Shown: positions 23,909-33,282, numbered from the stretch's first letter. The stretch: 64,000 nucleotides of DNA from an uncultured Chthonomonadaceae bacterium (GCA_963835065.1 CAWIEK010000042.1:47731-111730), one strand, 5' to 3'. The notes: generated by a model not told the origin, from the letters alone. Program-made: numbers and translations.

Positions 23909-23946
23909 AATCGGAGGGGGAACCTAATCGTTCTTCCTCCGGTTTT
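23909..23946 (+). terminator. Intrinsic terminator
   Basis: ATCGGAGGGGGAAC/GTTCTTCCTCCGGT stem plus T run. Confidence 0.65.
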
Positions 23947-23952
23947 CGTTTG

Positions 23953-24045
23953 GAGCCACTCCTAATAGGCCGGGGCTTTGCAATCCCCGGCAGGAAAGTA
24001 CAAGCGTTCTGCGGACGCAAATGCCGCGCCTATCGGGAGTGGCTC
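23953..24045. repeat. Nested-hairpin REP/MITE-like element
   Basis: Outer inverted repeat GAGCCACTCCTAATAGG/CCTATCGGGAGTGGCTC (15/17) enclosing GCCGGGG..CCCCGGC and GCGT..ACGC hairpins. Confidence 0.6.
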
Positions 24046-24075
24046 TTAGCGAGGCAATAAGCCCACAAACAATTG

Positions 24076-25782
24076 TTAATCGAAAACAAGCAGGGAAACG
24101 GCTTGGCGCGGCAATTTGAAATGAAGCGTGGCTTTGCTGGAAGCAACGCCCACTTTTGAGGCAGGTTCCAGCAGAGTCAGTTTACCCGATGCTTCCAACT
24201 GCGTCTGCTGCGCGGGTGTGGGCGTTTGTGGCGAACCCATGCGCTGCCATGCTGTGTAAGCGTTGCTGTGCGTCTGGTCAATGCGGTAGTGGGTGACGCG
24301 CATGGAGTTTTTGCCGGTCAGTCCGTTTACGTCGAGCGTCACGTCGGCGTCGGGGCCGGGCACGTCGTCATCGTGATAGTGCCAGACGAGAACCGAGACT
24401 TTGCGCCCCTGCGCGCTTGCCAACACCGCCACATCCGGGGCCGTCCGTACTCCCTCTTTGAGAATGGTATCTAACGGCACACTCGCGGAACTGTCCGATG
24501 CAATCCGCTGCCCGCCCATTTTGCCCAACATGCGAAACACATTGAACACGGGCAGATCAATGCCGTTCGTCGCCATCACGCGGAAACCGGCAAAATACGG
24601 CTGCTTCTCGAACTCGAATGCCCACGTCAGCGCCCCCTCGAAGTTAACGCCGTGCCTGTCAGCCAAATCGTACTCGCGGGCAATGCTGGCTGCCGTATAA
24701 CTGGCGTACATCGTGCCGTTGCGGTAGCCCAACTGCGGTCCCTGACAGGCGGCGCAGCCATCCGGGTCGGATTCGCCAATCACAATCGGCGTATTTTTCA
24801 GTTCGGGAAACGAGGCGATGGTGGCAAAGCCGGTGTCAATGTTGCGCAGTTGGTTGGCAATGCCCATACGCACATGCCCGTTTTCAAAAGTCGGTGCGCC
24901 TTTGGCATGGAACGAGACGAAATCCAGCGGCGTTCCCTGCTGTCCCGTCGCGTAATTTGTTCCATGCAGGCAATGCGCAAAGAAATCGCGCATGAACTTG
25001 CCGCCACTGCCCGCCATATCCGGCCCGCCCATGCGGGCTGTCGGCAGAGCGCGGCGCACCGCATCCGTCGCCACATCGTGCAATCGGTGAAACTCTTCCG
25101 GGGTTCCGCGCCAGTACCCGATGTTGGGTTCGTTCCACACTTCCCAATACCAATGTTCCACTTCCGCGCGCCCATATTTCTCCACGCAATGCCGCGCCCA
25201 CTGATACACGAGTTCGCCCCACTTCGCGTAATCTTTGGGCGGATACGCCCATCCCGTATAAATTTCCTCGTACTTCGCTGAGGGAGTCCAGTGGTGCTGA
25301 TACGGAACCGGCTTGACGGAGAGGGCTTCCGGCATAAACCCGATCTGCACATAAGGCTTCACGCCGCGCTGAAGATAGGTGTCGAAAATCCGATCCGTAA
25401 GTGTCCAGTCGTAAACCGGGTTGCCCTGCGCGTCTTCCGTGTACGCATTGGTGCTGCCCCATTTCAGCGCGGGCGTTCCATCCCCGGATGTGAGCAGATT
25501 GTGGGTGCGGAAATAGGGCGTGTGCGAACCGAGTTTGCCGATTTCACCAATCAGCTTTTTGCCGTCCTGCATGTACGCATAGTTCGGCTCGTCGCAGCCA
25601 AAGAACCGCCACACGGGGCGCAGTTCGCCTCTAGTCTGCGCGGCATCTACATGAATGGCAACGGGAAAAGCATCGGTCATAGTCTTTAACGTGGGACGGG
25701 GCGCGGCCTGCCGCATGTAAGCCGCGCGGAGTGTGCCGCCAAGCATCATAAGGGAAGCCGCAAGCCACAGGGTAGAACGCAT
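24076..25782 (-). CDS. GH39 beta-xylosidase / alpha-L-iduronidase-like
   Basis: YFRTHNLL, KPYVQIGFMP, WEVWNEP, DFVSFHAKG, IGESDP; signal peptide. Confidence 0.92.
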   Translation of the reverse strand: MRSTLWLAASLMMLGGTLRAAYMRQAAPRPTLKTMTDAFPVAIHVDAAQTRGELRPVWRFFGCDEPNYAYMQDGKKLIGEIGKLGSHTPYFRTHNLLTSGDGTPALKWGSTNAYTEDAQGNPVYDWTLTDRIFDTYLQRGVKPYVQIGFMPEALSVKPVPYQHHWTPSAKYEEIYTGWAYPPKDYAKWGELVYQWARHCVEKYGRAEVEHWYWEVWNEPNIGYWRGTPEEFHRLHDVATDAVRRALPTARMGGPDMAGSGGKFMRDFFAHCLHGTNYATGQQGTPLDFVSFHAKGAPTFENGHVRMGIANQLRNIDTGFATIASFPELKNTPIVIGESDPDGCAACQGPQLGYRNGTMYASYTAASIAREYDLADRHGVNFEGALTWAFEFEKQPYFAGFRVMATNGIDLPVFNVFRMLGKMGGQRIASDSSASVPLDTILKEGVRTAPDVAVLASAQGRKVSVLVWHYHDDDVPGPDADVTLDVNGLTGKNSMRVTHYRIDQTHSNAYTAWQRMGSPQTPTPAQQTQLEASGKLTLLEPASKVGVASSKATLHFKLPRQAVSLLVFD

Positions 25783-25923
25783 GTTTTCTCCAAACCACTA
25801 TGCTGCTGCATAAACCTGCCCGCAGTAACCGGATTATACCTATTTCAATCTTTTTCCGGTTATTAGGCCTTCGGCCAATTGTCCTGCGGACAAAAAACTG
25901 TTGGCGTATTTAGCCCAAGTATA

Positions 25924-27051
25924 TTACGCAATTGCCGCCGCAGGTTCGTCTTCATTCGCTTCGTGCGGCGTTGTGAGGATGTCGTTTGCGGGCACGGCAT
26001 GGCCTTCGGCTTGCAGCACGGAGTACAGGGCGGCTAAGGCCACTTCGGTCTGCTCGGCATCGGGTTCCCGCGTGGTCAGGTATTGCGTTGCCATGCCGGG
26101 CGCGAACGCGGCCATTACAAGCGGATTGCGCCGGAACTTGCCCGCGAACTTGATAATTTCATACGACGCGCCCGCCACCACCGGCACAACGGCGACTTGC
26201 AGCGCGAACCGGGCCAAAAAGAACGGAAAACGAGGCAGAAGGGCGACTACAATCAGGTCAATCAGCAGTACGATAAATATGAAACTGGTTCCGCAGCGGG
26301 GATGAATCCGGCTGGCGGCAAGGGCGTTGTCGCGTGTCAGAGGCAGCCCGGCTTCCAGCGTGTTGATGGCTTTATGCTCCGCGCCGTGATATTGGAACAC
26401 GCGCTTGATTTGCGCCATTTGCGAAATCAGGCCGATGTAGCCAAAGAAAATCGCCATGCGGATTACGCCATCCAGCAGATTTAATTTCCGCCCGCTTGCC
26501 CCCGCACTGATCCACCCCAACTTTTGCAGCCCCGGCGTAATCAACGTCGGCAGCAGCTTGAACAGCACCACCGCAAAGCACAAGCTAAAGATAATCGTGC
26601 CGCCAATGGCAATGTCGTTGATCTTGCCCATGCGGGTATCGGGTATCGGGTGTCGGGTGTCGGGTATTGGGATTGCCAATTGCTGATTGCCGATTGTGGA
26701 TGCGGCTTCTTCCGTATTCCGTATTCCGTATTCCGTATTCTTTACTTCTGTCTTCTCTTGTTCCGCTTGAAGCTGGACATTGGAGGCATACGCGAGCGCG
26801 CGGGTTCCCAATGCCATCGCGTCAATGAGGGCGAACGTGCCTCTGATGAACGGCCATTTGAGAAACTTGATTTTCGCCAGTTTGCCTAAAATGGTGTTGG
26901 CGACAGGTTCGCGCTGCACGACAATGGTTCCGTCAGGCTTGCGGCAGGCGACGGCAAAATAGTGCGGGCTGCGCATCATCACGCCTTCAATGACGGCCTG
27001 CCCGCCGTATTGCAGCAGTTCCTTGCTTTCCGGTTTCCCTGTAACGCTCAT
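25924..27051 (-). CDS. DUF1385 (YqhQ-like) membrane protein
   Basis: YGGQAVIEGVMMR, FQYHGAEHK, SRIHPRCGTSF, QYLTTREP; downstream of rpmE. Confidence 0.93.
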   Translation of the reverse strand: MSVTGKPESKELLQYGGQAVIEGVMMRSPHYFAVACRKPDGTIVVQREPVANTILGKLAKIKFLKWPFIRGTFALIDAMALGTRALAYASNVQLQAEQEKTEVKNTEYGIRNTEEAASTIGNQQLAIPIPDTRHPIPDTRMGKINDIAIGGTIIFSLCFAVVLFKLLPTLITPGLQKLGWISAGASGRKLNLLDGVIRMAIFFGYIGLISQMAQIKRVFQYHGAEHKAINTLEAGLPLTRDNALAASRIHPRCGTSFIFIVLLIDLIVVALLPRFPFFLARFALQVAVVPVVAGASYEIIKFAGKFRRNPLVMAAFAPGMATQYLTTREPDAEQTEVALAALYSVLQAEGHAVPANDILTTPHEANEDEPAAAIA

Positions 27052-27181
27052 TATGTGTATTCCGCGCCCTTCAGAGCCTATTAAAGTAGAAAAGCGCGTC
27101 TTCGTTCCGGGCGGAATGTCCGCGACGAGAAACAAAAACGCGCTTGTAACCAATCCTCAATCAGCAGCCACCAGAAACAAG

Positions 27182-27427
27182 TTACTTCATTTTGTACTTC
27201 TGGAGGAACTTCTCGACGCGGCCTTCGGTGTCCACGATCTTCTGCTTGCCCGTGTAAAACGGGTGCGAGGCGGAAGAGATTTCGACGGTAATCAGCGGGT
27301 ATTCGTTGCCGTCCTCCCACTTGATTCTTCTATCGGTTTTCACTGTCGAGCGGGTCAAAAACGAATAGCCGACGGACGTATCTTGAATCACGACCGGGCG
27401 GTATTCGGGATGAATATCGTTCTTCAT
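27182..27427 (-). CDS. rpmE: 50S ribosomal protein L31, type B (no Zn-ribbon cysteines)
   Basis: [13 protein letters not shown]...[36 protein letters not shown]. Confidence 0.97.
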   Translation of the reverse strand: MKNDIHPEYRPVVIQDTSVGYSFLTRSTVKTDRRIKWEDGNEYPLITVEISSASHPFYTGKQKIVDTEGRVEKFLQKYKMK

Positions 27428-27506
27428 GCGCTTTCCTTTCGGGTTCATTAGGTCAACGAATTATTATAGCCCGAATCCGGCCCGAAAAGCAAGCCGAATT
27501 CGCAAT

Positions 27507-28616
27507 TCAGACGATACGAAGTTCCTGCGCCGCGTCCGCGTTCAAAGACCGCCCGCCCTGTGCCGTCACGGTGACAATGTTTTCAATGCGAACGCCGAAA
27601 CGCCCTTCCAAATAAATGCCCGGTTCTACGGAGAAACACATCCCCGGTTCCAAAACGGTTTGGACGCCCGTGTTTATGTCCGGCGGCTCGTGTCCCGACA
27701 GGCCGATGCCGTGTCCCGTCCGATGCACGAAATACGCGCCGTATCCCGCCTGCTCAATCACGCTCCGGGCAGCAATATCTACGGCTTCGCACGTCGCGCC
27801 GGGTTTAACCGCGTTTCGGGCCGCCCAATGCGCCTGATTGACAATCCCATACACCCGCTTCGCGTCCGGGTCGGAGGGTTCGCCAAACGCAACCGCGCGC
27901 GTAATGTCGGAGCAGTAATGGTTTGTGGTACAGCCAATGTCTATAATCACCATGTCGCCTTTTTTTAACTGCGTGGCTCCGCTGTCATGGTGCGGGCGGC
28001 TGGTATTCGCGCCAAAGCAGATCAGGGGCGAAAATGAGGGCTTCGAATTGTGGCGCTTGATGGCCGACAACACAAACTCGGCAAGTTCCGCTTCCGTCAT
28101 GCCTTCGCGCAGTTGGGCAACGGTTTCTTCAAAGATCGTGTCAATCAACTGCGCGGCGGTTTCCAAGTTTGCCAGTTCTGCATCAGTTTTTACGCCGCGC
28201 AGCAGGGCAAACGTGTTGCTGCCCGGTTTGCAGCGAAAGCCGGGAAATAGACTTTGCAGGCCAAGTAAATGCGCGCTGGACAATTCATCGTCTATCAACA
28301 CGCTTGCCTCAGCGGGCAGATTGTACCCGGCAAGCGCGTTTTGAACGGCAGGCTGCCATCCTGTCGCATCCGTCCAGCTCACTACCTGCGCCACGCCCGC
28401 CGGATTTTGGCGGGCGTGTTGAACATTCAATGAAGGCACGACAAACGCAGGGTCGCCCTGCACCGGCACGAACAACGCCAATAAGCGCTCATGCCCGCCC
28501 TCCACGTACCCGGTCAGGTAACGCATCTGGTTGGTAAACGACAGCACGGCAAGGTCGGCCTGCTGTTCCCGCATAATCGCTTGCAGCCGCGCAATCCGGC
28601 CTGCGTATTCGTTCAT
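27507..28616 (-). CDS. Xaa-Pro peptidase, M24B family
   Basis: Creatinase-like N-terminus; IDIG, YCSDITR, HRTGHGIGL..HE.P, SVEPGIY, GVRIE. Confidence 0.93.
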   Translation of the reverse strand: MNEYAGRIARLQAIMREQQADLAVLSFTNQMRYLTGYVEGGHERLLALFVPVQGDPAFVVPSLNVQHARQNPAGVAQVVSWTDATGWQPAVQNALAGYNLPAEASVLIDDELSSAHLLGLQSLFPGFRCKPGSNTFALLRGVKTDAELANLETAAQLIDTIFEETVAQLREGMTEAELAEFVLSAIKRHNSKPSFSPLICFGANTSRPHHDSGATQLKKGDMVIIDIGCTTNHYCSDITRAVAFGEPSDPDAKRVYGIVNQAHWAARNAVKPGATCEAVDIAARSVIEQAGYGAYFVHRTGHGIGLSGHEPPDINTGVQTVLEPGMCFSVEPGIYLEGRFGVRIENIVTVTAQGGRSLNADAAQELRIV

Positions 28617-28647
28617 CCTATGCTTCTCCTAATGTTATCAGTCACGT

Positions 28648-29265
28648 CAAGGGAGGGCGTCACGTCCAGTCAAGGGAGTAAACTCCCTCGCTACGCGCCT
28701 TCGGCGGATCGTCCTTCGGACGAGGTTTCCGGTTCAACTTCGTACATTTCGCAATCTTGTTCCAGACTGTTTTGCAGAGTTCCGTCTGCGTGATGCTGCT
28801 TCTGATTATGGATGTAGGCGATGACGCGCTTACGATGCCCCGGCGAAACGGAGATGGCTGCATAGTTGTCCTGCCAGCCGAACCATGCATCCGGTTTGAG
28901 CGTTTCCTGAACATAATGCGCGGAACCACTTTTGATTTCACGCATCAGATCGCTCACGCGAATGGTCGCCGGCAGGGTAAGCAGAAGATGAACGTGGTTT
29001 TCGATCCCGCCGATTGCCAGAATGTCGCACCCCTTACGGCGAGCTATAGCGGCGAAGTAGTCGTACAGGTTCGTTTCCATTTCAGGCGTGATCAGCGGCA
29101 GGCGATCCCGCGTCGCCCAAACCAGATGCAGCGTAATGGAAAGATAACTTCTGCGTCGAATCAACGCTTTTCCCGTTCTATAGGTATCCGCGTCCGAAGG
29201 ACGATCCGCCGAAGGCGCGTAGCGAGGGAGTTTACTCCCTTGACTGGACGTGACGCCCTCCCTTG
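28648..29265. mobile_element. Y1/HUH transposase element (IS200/IS605 TnpA or REP-associated) with 75-bp perfect flanking inverted repeats
   Basis: 28648-28722 is the exact reverse complement of 29191-29265; each arm has AGGGAG-TAAA-CTCCCT and CGTCC-TTC-GGACG hairpins. Confidence 0.88.
28691..29164 (-). CDS. tnpA: IS200/IS605-family Y1 (HUH) transposase
   Basis: HLVWAT, GGIENHVHLL (HUH), FGWQDNY, AYIHNQ (catalytic Tyr); probable TTG start at 29164. Confidence 0.9.
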   Translation of the reverse strand: MIRRRSYLSITLHLVWATRDRLPLITPEMETNLYDYFAAIARRKGCDILAIGGIENHVHLLLTLPATIRVSDLMREIKSGSAHYVQETLKPDAWFGWQDNYAAISVSPGHRKRVIAYIHNQKQHHADGTLQNSLEQDCEMYEVEPETSSEGRSAEGA

Positions 29266-29276
29266 CTCCTCCTTGC

Positions 29277-30677
29277 CTACAGCCCCCGCTTCTTAACCGT
29301 CGTGCCCCCCACACCATCCCCAACCTCAAAGCCCATGCCAATCAATTGATTACGCAAATTGTCGGACTCGCTCCAGTTTTTGGCTTTGCGGGCGGCGTTG
29401 CGGGCTTCAATAAGCGCCAGCGCCTCGGCAGGCAGGGCTTCCTCTTGCGGGCAGGAGCGCTCGGCGATGTCCAATCCCAAAATCCGGTCAAACTCTATCC
29501 ACAGGCGGTAACTGCCGTGCGCGTTGAGCAACCCCACCGCCTGCGGAACGCTCAAATCGTCGTTGAACGCCTCCAACACGCGCGCCCGCGCCGCCTGATA
29601 CGCGGTTTCATCGTCTTTGAGCGGATCGTCGTCCGGGCAAAGCAGATAAAGGCGGCGTAACCCGGCGGCAGCGGCCTGCAATGCTTCTTCGCTGAACTTC
29701 AACTCGGAACGATAATGCGCTTGCAGGCAGAAGTAGCGATAAGCAATCGGATCGTAACCGGCGTCACTCAAAGATTGAAGCGTATTAAAGCCTTTGGACT
29801 TCGACATCTTTTCAAACTTATTGCCGTTTTCCGCAGTATCCTCTTGTTCCTTACGCATCAGCAGAAACTCGCCGTGCAGCCAGTAACGGGCAAAAAGCTG
29901 GTGCGTGGCGCACTCCGACTGCGCGATTTCGTTGGTATGATGCACGGGAATATGATCCACGCCGCCGCAGTGAATATCGAACGTTTCGCCCAGGTACTTC
30001 ATGGACATGGCGGAACATTCGATATGCCAGCCCGGATAGCCCGGCCCCCAGGGACTTTCCCATTGCATCACATGGTTCGGCTTGTTGAGAAACCACAGCA
30101 TGAAGTCGGACGGATTGCGCTTGGTTTCATCCTCAATCACTTCCGAGCGCGTGGTTTGCTGGTTGGTCAGTTGCAGCCGCGCGAACTTGCCGTAATCCGG
30201 GAATTTGGCCGTGTCGAAATACACGCCTTCCGTCGTCTGATACGTAAAGCCGTTCGCCTCCAATTGCTGTATCAGGGCGATCATCTCGACAATATGTTCC
30301 GTAGCGCGGGGCATGACTTCGGGTATTTCGATGTTCAGTCGCTTGAAGTCCCGAATCGCCGCTTCCTCATAAAAGCGCGCGATTTCCCAGGGCGATTTCT
30401 GCTCGCGCTGCGACGCCTTCTGCATCTTGTCCTCGCCCGCGTCGGCGTCGCTGGTCATGTGCCCCACATCGGTTACGTTCTGGACATGCAGCAAGTCGTA
30501 GCCGTTGAACAGCAGAACGCGGCGCAGCACGTCCTCAAAAACATACGTGCGCAGGTTGCCGATATGCGCGTAATTGTAGACCGTCAAGCCGCAACAATAC
30601 ATGCGCGCCTTACCCGGTTCCAGGGGAACAAACTCCTGCTTGCTGCGCGTCATGGTGTTGAACAATTTGATGGTCAT
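29277..30677 (-). CDS. cysS: Cysteine--tRNA ligase
   Basis: CGLTVY..HIGN, PGWHIECSAM, DIHCGGVD, HHTNE, KMSKS. Confidence 0.98.
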   Translation of the reverse strand: MTIKLFNTMTRSKQEFVPLEPGKARMYCCGLTVYNYAHIGNLRTYVFEDVLRRVLLFNGYDLLHVQNVTDVGHMTSDADAGEDKMQKASQREQKSPWEIARFYEEAAIRDFKRLNIEIPEVMPRATEHIVEMIALIQQLEANGFTYQTTEGVYFDTAKFPDYGKFARLQLTNQQTTRSEVIEDETKRNPSDFMLWFLNKPNHVMQWESPWGPGYPGWHIECSAMSMKYLGETFDIHCGGVDHIPVHHTNEIAQSECATHQLFARYWLHGEFLLMRKEQEDTAENGNKFEKMSKSKGFNTLQSLSDAGYDPIAYRYFCLQAHYRSELKFSEEALQAAAAGLRRLYLLCPDDDPLKDDETAYQAARARVLEAFNDDLSVPQAVGLLNAHGSYRLWIEFDRILGLDIAERSCPQEEALPAEALALIEARNAARKAKNWSESDNLRNQLIGMGFEVGDGVGGTTVKKRGL

Positions 30678-30698
30678 AGCGAATTAATCTCCCGCGGA

Positions 30699-30810
30699 TT
30701 TAGGGTTTTAGGGTTTTAGGGTTTATAGGGTTTTAGGTGGGAGGAGTACAAGAGTTGACTAAGTAGGATGTTATCCTAACCACCTAAAACCTTAAAACCC
30801 TAAAACCCTA
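30699..30810. repeat. Inverted pair of (TTTTAGGG)n / (CCCTAAAA)n tandem repeats
   Basis: Direct reading of 30699-30740 and 30780-30810. Confidence 0.85.
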
Positions 30811-30875
30811 CCCCTTGATTATACCTGACGGCGAACCCTCTGCCCTGTGTTCTCCGAAATGTGTTCGCCGTCCAT

Positions 30876-31012
30876 TGTCTGGAACCATGATTGATGTGAT
30901 TATGGTGATTAGCATGATGGCGCGATCCCGCCTGATTATCGTTCAAAGCGGAAGAATGAGCTTCCCAAAATCATGGTAATCCTAAAAATCACATAAATCA
31001 TGATTCCAGGCA
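30876..31012. repeat. Imperfect long inverted repeat
   Basis: TGTCTGGAACCATGATTGATGTGATT versus AATCACATAAATCATGATTCCAGGCA. Confidence 0.75.
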
Positions 31013-31051
31013 AATACGCAAACTTTCAGACGCACAGGCGCGTATGAAAAA

Positions 31052-31089
31052 TGGTTAAGGTATCTAAACAATTAAGTAACCTTAATCAA
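31052..31089 (+). promoter_or_regulatory. Candidate MarR operator (tandem AT-rich palindromes)
   Basis: GTTAAGGTATCTAAAC and ATTAAGTAACCTTAAT, ~100 nt upstream of an efflux operon that encodes a MarR. Confidence 0.5.
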
Positions 31090-31189
31090 TGAGAAGCGTC
31101 TCATCTGAGTGAGGCAGCGAACACGACCCTTGCCGGTCGGCAATCACGCTGGAAATCTATTCTATTTTACGATACATGACAAGGCAGCC

Positions 31190-33199
31190 ATGAAGCACAT
31201 CTTGAGACTCGTTTACATCCTCGTTCCCATTGTCCTGCTTGGCGGGCTGATCGCGTGGCGGTTGGGCGCGAAAAAGAAGGAAACCCAACAGCGCAACCAG
31301 GCCGCTGCCGCCCGCAAAAACGCCGCGCCCGATGTGACGGTTGTTCCCGCAACCGTGCGCGACATCGTGCAAACCTATGAATCGGTGGGCAATGTCGAAT
31401 CGCCCTTCAATGTCCGGCTTGCCGCCAAAATCACGGGGCGCGTGGACTATTTGCAGGTGCGCGAAGGCGCGCGCGTGACGCAGGGCGAAGTTTTGGTACG
31501 TATAGACCCGTCTGAAGTGGCGGCAACCGTCGCGCAGCAGCAGGCCAATGTCGCCGAAGCGCAGCAGCGATTGGCGCAGGCGCAGCTGACCACCAATGCC
31601 ACCAATGTCGGCGTTTCTTCCCAAATTGCGCAGCAGCGCGCTACGCAGGCCAGTTCGCAGGCCGATTACGCGCAGCAGCAGCAAAACTACGCTTCGCAGG
31701 TCGCCGCCGCCAATGCCGCCGTCACTGCCGCGCAGGGCGCTGTCACCAATGTCCGCTCCGCTATCCGCAACGCCGAAGCCACCGTGCGCAGCGCGCAGGC
31801 CAATCTTAACAACGCGCAGGTTCGCTTGAACCGGACGCTGGATTTGTACAAGCAGGGCTTTGTGGCCGCGCAGGATGTGGACGACGCCCGCACCCAGGTC
31901 AGCGTACAACAGGGCGCGGTGGACGTGGCGCAGGGACAACTGGCGGGCGCGCAGGCGCAGTTAGGTTCCGCCCAGGCGCAATTGCAGTCCGCGCAGGAAC
32001 AGGCCAGCATCGTCAGCGTCAAGGGCAAATCCGACATTGAAGCGGCGCGGCAAAAGGTGCTGCAAGCGCGGGCGGGCGTATCCCTCGCGGTTGCCAATAG
32101 ATCGCAAACCCCGGCTTATCTTGCCAATATCCGCGCTTTGCAGGCCAGCGTCACCGCCGCGCAGGGACAACTCCGCAACGCGCAGGCGCAACTGGAAAAC
32201 ACGGTGTTGCGCGCCCCCATGAACGGGGTTGTCACCATGCGCGGCGCGGACCCCGGCACGACCGTCATGGCGGGAACGCCCATCCTGACCATCGAGTTTT
32301 TGCAGCAGGTCTATGTCACCACGTCCATTCCCGAAGAAATCAGCCGTAATGTGCGCTATGGACAGACCGCGACGGCTGTGGTTGACGCCCTGCCCGGACG
32401 AACGTTTACGGGCAAAATCACGCAGGTAAACCCGGCAGCCGACCCGCAAAGCCGCCAGTTTACCGTTCGCCTGACCCTTGATAACCCGACCGGGCAACTC
32501 AAGCCGGGCATGTTCGCCCGCGTCACCTTCACCACGCAGCGCACCCCCCATGCACTGCAGATTCCCCGCGAAGCCGTGAAAAATGATCCCAAAACGCATG
32601 CGCAGGTCGTCACGATTGTGGATGCGGATGGCATCGCCCATATTCGCCCGGTAAAAACCGGCGTGAGCAGCGGCGCCAACCTTCAGATTCTCAACGGCCT
32701 GAAAGCCGGTGAAAACGTGGTCACACTGAGCCTTGCTCCGGTCAAAGACGGGCAAAAAGTGGTGGCGGTCGTGGCCGGGGAGAACGGCGCAACAGGGCGC
32801 GGCGCACAGGCAGGCGGGCCGGAAGCAGGAGCAGGCGGCGCGGGCGGTAATGCGAGCGCAAGCCCGGCGGCAAACGGAGCGCAGGGCGCGGGAGGAACCA
32901 CGAGCGGCAACGCCGGCAGTGGCGCAGCCCTTGCAGGCGGAAACGCCGGGGGAGCCGGCACGGGCGCGCAGGGCACAGGCGGCCAACCGGCCACTTCCAG
33001 CGGGACCCCGGCGGAACAGAATGGAACCGGTTCGCTCGGACAAAGCGGGGCCAATGGCGGCTTTGGCGCGGCGGGCGGCAACGCGGCAAACGGCGGGCAG
33101 GGCGCGGCAGGCGGCTTCAGCGGCCCCAATGCAACCGGAGCGGGTTCCACCGGCGCAGCGACACCCGGAGGCGGAGCAGGTTCCGGCGGTTCCCGCTAA
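31190..33199 (+). CDS. RND efflux periplasmic adaptor (MFP) with long Gly/Ala-rich tail
   Basis: N-terminal TM, V.EG..V..G lipoyl half-motif, long coiled coil, LRAPMNG, LKPGMF. Confidence 0.93.
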   Translation: MKHILRLVYILVPIVLLGGLIAWRLGAKKKETQQRNQAAAARKNAAPDVTVVPATVRDIVQTYESVGNVESPFNVRLAAKITGRVDYLQVREGARVTQGEVLVRIDPSEVAATVAQQQANVAEAQQRLAQAQLTTNATNVGVSSQIAQQRATQASSQADYAQQQQNYASQVAAANAAVTAAQGAVTNVRSAIRNAEATVRSAQANLNNAQVRLNRTLDLYKQGFVAAQDVDDARTQVSVQQGAVDVAQGQLAGAQAQLGSAQAQLQSAQEQASIVSVKGKSDIEAARQKVLQARAGVSLAVANRSQTPAYLANIRALQASVTAAQGQLRNAQAQLENTVLRAPMNGVVTMRGADPGTTVMAGTPILTIEFLQQVYVTTSIPEEISRNVRYGQTATAVVDALPGRTFTGKITQVNPAADPQSRQFTVRLTLDNPTGQLKPGMFARVTFTTQRTPHALQIPREAVKNDPKTHAQVVTIVDADGIAHIRPVKTGVSSGANLQILNGLKAGENVVTLSLAPVKDGQKVVAVVAGENGATGRGAQAGGPEAGAGGAGGNASASPAANGAQGAGGTTSGNAGSGAALAGGNAGGAGTGAQGTGGQPATSSGTPAEQNGTGSLGQSGANGGFGAAGGNAANGGQGAAGGFSGPNATGAGSTGAATPGGGAGSGGSR

Positions 33200-33282
33200 T
33201 CAATGTCATTTTCATCGCTTGTTAGAGTTGCGTGAGTTAACTGCCCCTGCGTAAACGCGCAGGGTATCCGGGATTTGATTTT

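Noticed and set aside
23985..24030. GGACGCAAA resembling part of a c-di-GMP-I riboswitch
   Set aside because: No upstream GGCAAAC/GNRA arm, and it lies between convergent 3' ends
28691..29341. 216-aa transposase ORF overlapping cysS
   Set aside because: The extension simply reads through the right inverted repeat and cysS end; homology-like sequence starts at ~29164
30699..30740. Eukaryotic telomere contamination
   Set aside because: Only ~5 units, paired with an inverted arm and embedded between bacterial genes
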